This document shows positions 58,996 to 64,000 of a stretch of 64,000 nt of DNA, piece after piece. This DNA comes from the human T2T-CHM13v2.0 reference genome, Homo sapiens. The stretch is taken from assembly GCF_009914755.1 (NCBI RefSeq), contig NC_060937.1; one strand, given 5' to 3'. A program made the translations under genes and the position numbers. The notes beneath the pieces are model-generated. The model made no database searches. It was given only the letters and a program-made list of their open reading frames with translations, and was not told the DNA's origin. Each line of letters begins with the position of its first letter. Position 1 is the first letter of the stretch.

Positions 58996-61900
58996 GACCA
59001 AACCAAAAAAAAAAAAAGTTATTTGAGATTAGTTGAGCATGAGTAGGTATTTATTGCTTTCTTTTTGGCCAGAAACTTGTTAGTGAAATAAGGCTAATGG
59101 TAGAAATATTTCCTCTTGTAAAGCATAATCATCTCTTCTTGAGAAGACTGGTTTTAAAATATCCTAGTGCTTTTAGATATTGTACCTTTTTGGTTATGCC
59201 AAATATTAGTTCACTTTGGAAAGCCGGTAATATGAAAAATGATGTCACTCATCATTAGTACAGAGGATTAAAGAGAAAACTGGAACAAGAAAGATGTCTC
59301 AGAAAGGGACAAAAAAAAAAAGATTTAATAAATGTAAATAAAACAGATAAAAGATTTTATAAGCAAAACCAAACTAAAGTGATAAACAGGTTGGGTACTA
59401 TTCTAATGAAGCACAGTCCTCCATCTCAGATCATCCCCTAGAACTTCTTTCCTTAATGACTTTTAACATACTTTTCCTCTCTAAATTCTAAAGTGTGGGT
59501 CCCTCAAGCCATTTAGACTTTCCTTTCCATAAACTATGACCCACTGCTCTTGACCTACTTACCTTACACCTAATAAACCATCTATTACAGTGAAGAAAAT
59601 CCACTACAGCTTAACACTAGCAAAGATGACTAATGATCATTAACTGTCATAGAGTGAAAATGTTTAAGAAACGGTTCCTGGGTACAAATCAAAAGTGTTA
59701 ATCTATGCTTGCCTCTATTTGTTCAAGTTCTTTCAAGACATTATCTCCCATCCCCAAATATTTCTGCCATAATAACCACATTTACACGTGGTACATACAT
59801 TTAAACACATTTACATCTATTACATTTAAAAATCTAGATGATGTATTTCTTTTCTACTCAACATTATTCTAATGTTTTTAAAATGAAAATGTTTTAAATT
59901 AACAACACAAGCTATTTCATGTCATCTTTTTAAGAAATCATAATTTTAGTAAGTTTTTCCTCAACTCCACAATGTCCAATTATGAGTTCATCTATAATGT
60001 GGCTGAAATTTCATGCAAAAACTCACTGGGGAGGCAATACTATCAAAGAATAATACACAACATTTCTGGATTCCAGAAATGTCAATCTAGAAAATAATCT
60101 CCATGAGCAATATTGGTGAGGTAGTAAATGTGTCTGAGGAATATGTGAATAACTTAATTAAGGGATGAACATTAAGTTGTCATTACTGACAAAATGCTAT
60201 TTTTGTTGGAGGAGTTTTTGAAATCTTCACTTTTCTCTGTGGTATTGTTAACAAATATCAGAAATTATCTCCCATGCGCATTTAACTAGCGTGGTATTTT
60301 ACACATGGTAAGCCTTAATTATTTGGTGTAAAACTGAATTTGATCTTCTCCACCCAATTATCTTGCTGTATTTCAGCCCCCTCCCTTTTTCCCAGGGAAA
60401 AGGGGCTGCCTTTGACATATATTCTCCAATCGAATTCCATTTCTGTCAAACTTTCTTTTGTCCCAAAAGTGGAAATGAAAAAAGATTCTAATTTTTCCAT
60501 CCACCAATTCTTTCAAATGAGAACATTTAACATTCTGCAATAGAACAATCTACTGTTTGTAAAAAGAAAAAGAAAAATTATGTGTGTTCGTATCAAAAGT
60601 AGTTTAAAGAGCTCATTAAACAAAAAATGTTACAGGTTATCTAAGATTGCTGAAAAGGTAAAATAGAGGTCCTTCTGAGGTAGATGAAACCAAAAAATGA
60701 AGGTAAAAACCAAAAAAACAACACTCATAGACGTGTACACCAACAAGAGTAAGTTTTACTGTATGTAAATAAATAAAATTTTAAAAAATAAATGCATGAC
60801 AAAAATATATGTAAATTATCACAATTCTGACACAATCTTGGAATAAAAGCATATTTTAAGAAATATTTTTAAGAATTTTTTTAAGAAATTTTTTTAAAGA
60901 AATATTAACAACAACAATAATAAATAGGAGAGTTTGGAAACATGAGGAAAAAACTGATGGAGTTGTCTTGAGTCTAGCAGTCACAGGAAGAACACTGCCT
61001 TTGTGGCAACCATATCTGGAATCAAGATACCCGGGGTTTAAAGAGCCAAAGAAGGAATTAACATAGGTGAACATCAAATGTAAAAGTTCATACTCAAAAG
61101 ATGGCCAAATATCTAAATTTCTATGCCTTAATGTCATTTTGGTAATGCCACAATTTAATCTTTCTCCAAGACTCTTGATTTAACTCAAATGATAGTATCA
61201 CCTGAACATAACCCAAAACAGTTGTGTTTTTTAATCTGTTTTGAAGCTAGATACAACCACATGCTCTCTTGGGGCACAGATGAAGGGATCAAAGTCATAA
61301 GTATGATAAAACCCCTGCAGGACTACAGGCATGTTCAAACCATTGAAAACAAACAACAGTCTTAAATTCTTGGGTACTCAAACAGCATCAAACTTCCAGA
61401 AGACGACAGGACTGACCACACACAGATCAAAAAATGTATGGAGTTTACTTTAGAGTAAATAGAAGTTTCAATGTCATTTTTAAGTAAATTTGGAGTAGAA
61501 ATATAGTATCATAAACAGCATGGTACAAATGATATTTTAAAAATCTAAATTAGCAATTCTTAATCTAGCATTTATAATATAAATATTTAAACTGGTTTAT
61601 TTTTAATAAAATATCAGAAAGGAGCAAATTAAAAAAATCAGTTACTAAACTCATATTTTAGAATATCAGTGGGATTTCTGGCTACAAAGAGAGTAATTTT
61701 GATGCATGTCCTATCCTCATCCTGAAAAACCTAAAGTTTTAACATTTTGGGTCTCCTCCTTGCTTGTTAGGTACATCAAAAAATCACTGAGTCATACCCT
61801 CTGATGTTACCCCGAGGACACAGCCTGAATGAAGCTTGTCTAAAAAACTCTTCTACTTGAAATTAAGTAGAAAAGAAAAAAACACCCAAAGTATAAGAGA

Positions 61901-62650
61901 ATGAAATTTCAGCAAACCTAAATTGGTGGCAACAAAATGATTTTATATTCAAAGAGCTCAGCTTCCACCATAAAACAGTAATAGAAATGGAAAGTAGATA
62001 TAGAGAACATTTACTAAGCATACACCATATGCCAAGGGTTTGGCTAGAACTTTTACCCACATTCCCATATTTCATCTGCCTAACAACCCAGTGAGTTAGG
62101 CACTAATCTCCATATTTAGTCACATTATAATGTAGATGAGGTTAAAAGAAAGATAAATAATTTGTTAACCTCAGATGGCTAGGATATAATCAATCTTTAA
62201 AAGCCATTTGTCTGGCTTTTTGATATATTAGCAACATTAAACGCAACTGTATTATTAAGACTTGCCAGCTACTTAAACACTAATAAAAGCAATGTTTAGT
62301 GCCCTTCATGTAACTTATAAGAAGAAACTTATCAACATCATTCCTACTGCCTAAGAAATAACTAGAAAATATTATCTGTCACATGATAAACTAGTAATTT
62401 GTTGCTAGTTTGCATTTTTATTCAGATGAAAGGTTGTAACCAGGAATCCACAGGAGCTTAAAAAGTAATAGTAATATCATTTTACCATCGTCTACCTAAA
62501 TATATGCCCAGAGAAAACAACACATTCTATGAATCAGTGTTATGACAAAAATAAAAATCATTTGCTTGTCAAAGGCAAATATGATGTGAATTTCACAATT
62601 AATAGATTTTTATTAGTGAAAGAAAACATTAGAATACAACTTCCTCTTAC

Positions 62651-62767
62651 CTTATAAAATAATCATTTCGAATCAGCAAAAGATGCTGAAGAATAGAAAT
62701 AAAATATCCCTCTGCTCTAGTTTCTTTAACTGTGCTCCACACCATGTTGTAAACATCATATGCTTCA
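62651..62767 (-). CDS. DIAPH3: DIAPH3 exon (probably 12), 117 nt; (D)EAYDVYNMVWSTVKETRAEGYFISILQHLLLIRNDYFI(R)
   Basis: AC|T GAA GCA TAT acceptor and ATA AG|GTAAGA donor; phase 2-2. Confidence 0.95.
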
Positions 62768-63560
62768 GTGAGTTGATTAAGGAATATATGGATTTATTTA
62801 TACTCTACACCAAACAACTATAATAATATGACAGAATTTGTCCTGTAAGGTTTTGGAACTGTAATACAGGCATCTTATATATTCAACATAAAATACAGAT
62901 ATTTAGGATTGAGGGTAGTGGAAAAACTCTGGAAATGGTGACTTAACCTGACACTTCCTGACTTCCCTTCTACAATCAGCTCCAACTAATCTGTCTCCCC
63001 TAAGCACAGATGCTGTTGGGAACAAAGGTAGTAGGGAAGCTGGCTATGAATACTGTGTTGAATTCTAAAGGTTGCCTGACCAACAGAGCTGGTGGTCAGG
63101 TTAATTATCTACCATGAAGAAGCCCCAGGTGAGGATAGGAACCTGTTGGGTCTCATGAGGAGCACAGACGTCTGCAGACCCACAGATTAACATGCGACCC
63201 ATGAGTATGCACCCAAGATGCAGGGAAAGAGCAGCCAGTGACTAAGGCTGCCCTATTCCTAATGCTAAAAAGCCCTAAGTAGAAGGAAAAGTGTCAAATA
63301 TAAAAAGAAAACAAAATAGATTGCACACATACATATAAGAAACCAATCTACAGAATCCATTTGTTAGTTGCAGCATACGCTTACATATATGTGTATTCAT
63401 AAAAACACACAAATTAATAAAATAATAACGTTCTTCTGATGCATGAAGGTTTGATTTCATGTTGTTTATATAGAAATGAGCTAAATATTTGTGGCTGAGT
63501 ATTTTGGATTTAGCAATAATTTTATATATGATTTGACTAGACTTCAGAACAAAAGGATAT
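62768..63560 (-). other. DIAPH3: U12-type (minor spliceosome) AT-AC intron, 793 nt
   Basis: The 5' end is ATATCCTTTT. A branch site TTCCTTAAT lies at 62776-62784 and the 3' end is ...CAACTCAC. There is no polypyrimidine tract. Splicing joins GA|T to give Asp and keeps the DIAPH3 frame. Confidence 0.95.
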
Positions 63561-63679
63561 TCAAGTTCAGCTCTAATATCTTCAAGGCGATGGGATAACT
63601 CAAACAAATCTTCTTCTTTATGCTCATCAAAGACTTTAAGTTGGATATCCAGGCCATCATTCTTAATGCATTTTAAATT
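63561..63679 (-). CDS. DIAPH3: DIAPH3 exon (probably 11), 119 nt; NLKCIKNDGLDIQLKVFDEHKEEDLFELSHRLEDIRAEL(D)
   Basis: Acceptor ...tctctag|AAT TTA AAA. The exon ends CTT GA|ATATCCTTTT (U12 donor, phase 2). Confidence 0.95.
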
Positions 63680-63965
63680 CTAGAGATATGAAATAGAAAT
63701 TATGATGAATGATTTTGTTTTTAATTATGCAAAAGAATAAAAAACATATAAACAATAAACCAACCATTCAACTTGATTTATAGCATTCGAACATTTAAAG
63801 TGTTAAATAACACTCGAATCTTATCATCTATATTTCAAAAATAGATTTTTTAACTCAAGCCTTTTCCCACAGATAAATTATTCTTCAAGGTAATTTATCT
63901 AAATTTCCCCCTACTCAAGTACTCTTTTAATTTAAATATTAATAAGGAGACTGCAGGGCACTTAC

Positions 63966-64000
63966 TGGCAATATCTCTTTCAATCCACAACGCATAAATT
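63966..64000 (-). CDS. DIAPH3: DIAPH3 coding exon (probably exon 10), 3' part only, truncated by the window edge; FMRCGLKEILP (FH3 region)
   Basis: Minus strand reads TTT ATG CGT TGT GGA TTG AAA GAG ATA TTG CCA|GTAAGT. This is a perfect U2 donor in phase 0, and the peptide matches recalled DIAPH3. Confidence 0.93.

Overview
Human/hominid genomic DNA from the middle of the formin gene DIAPH3 (mDia2), which is transcribed on the minus strand. Eight coding exons lie in 41.4-64.0 kb. They cover the end of the GBD/FH3 region, the dimerisation/coiled-coil region, the whole FH1 and the start of FH2, and are probably exons 10-17 (numbering recalled, not verified). All splice phases chain without a frameshift. 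Positions 1-41434 are one long intron. The intron at 62768-63560 is a minor-spliceosome (U12) AT-AC intron. The rest is a typical primate repeat landscape: Alus, a 5'-truncated L1PA2-like element with an open ORF2, a full THE1 MaLR plus solo LTRs, DNA-transposon MITEs including MER85, L2/MIR relics and microsatellites. Unexplained structure includes an 89-nt near-perfect hairpin, several 24-62 bp local duplications, and a CpG-retaining, motif-rich non-repeat block. I found no clearly new biological system. The findings are candidate regulatory, RNA-structure and mutational features. Repeat family names come from recalled consensus sequences and should be confirmed with RepeatMasker/Dfam.
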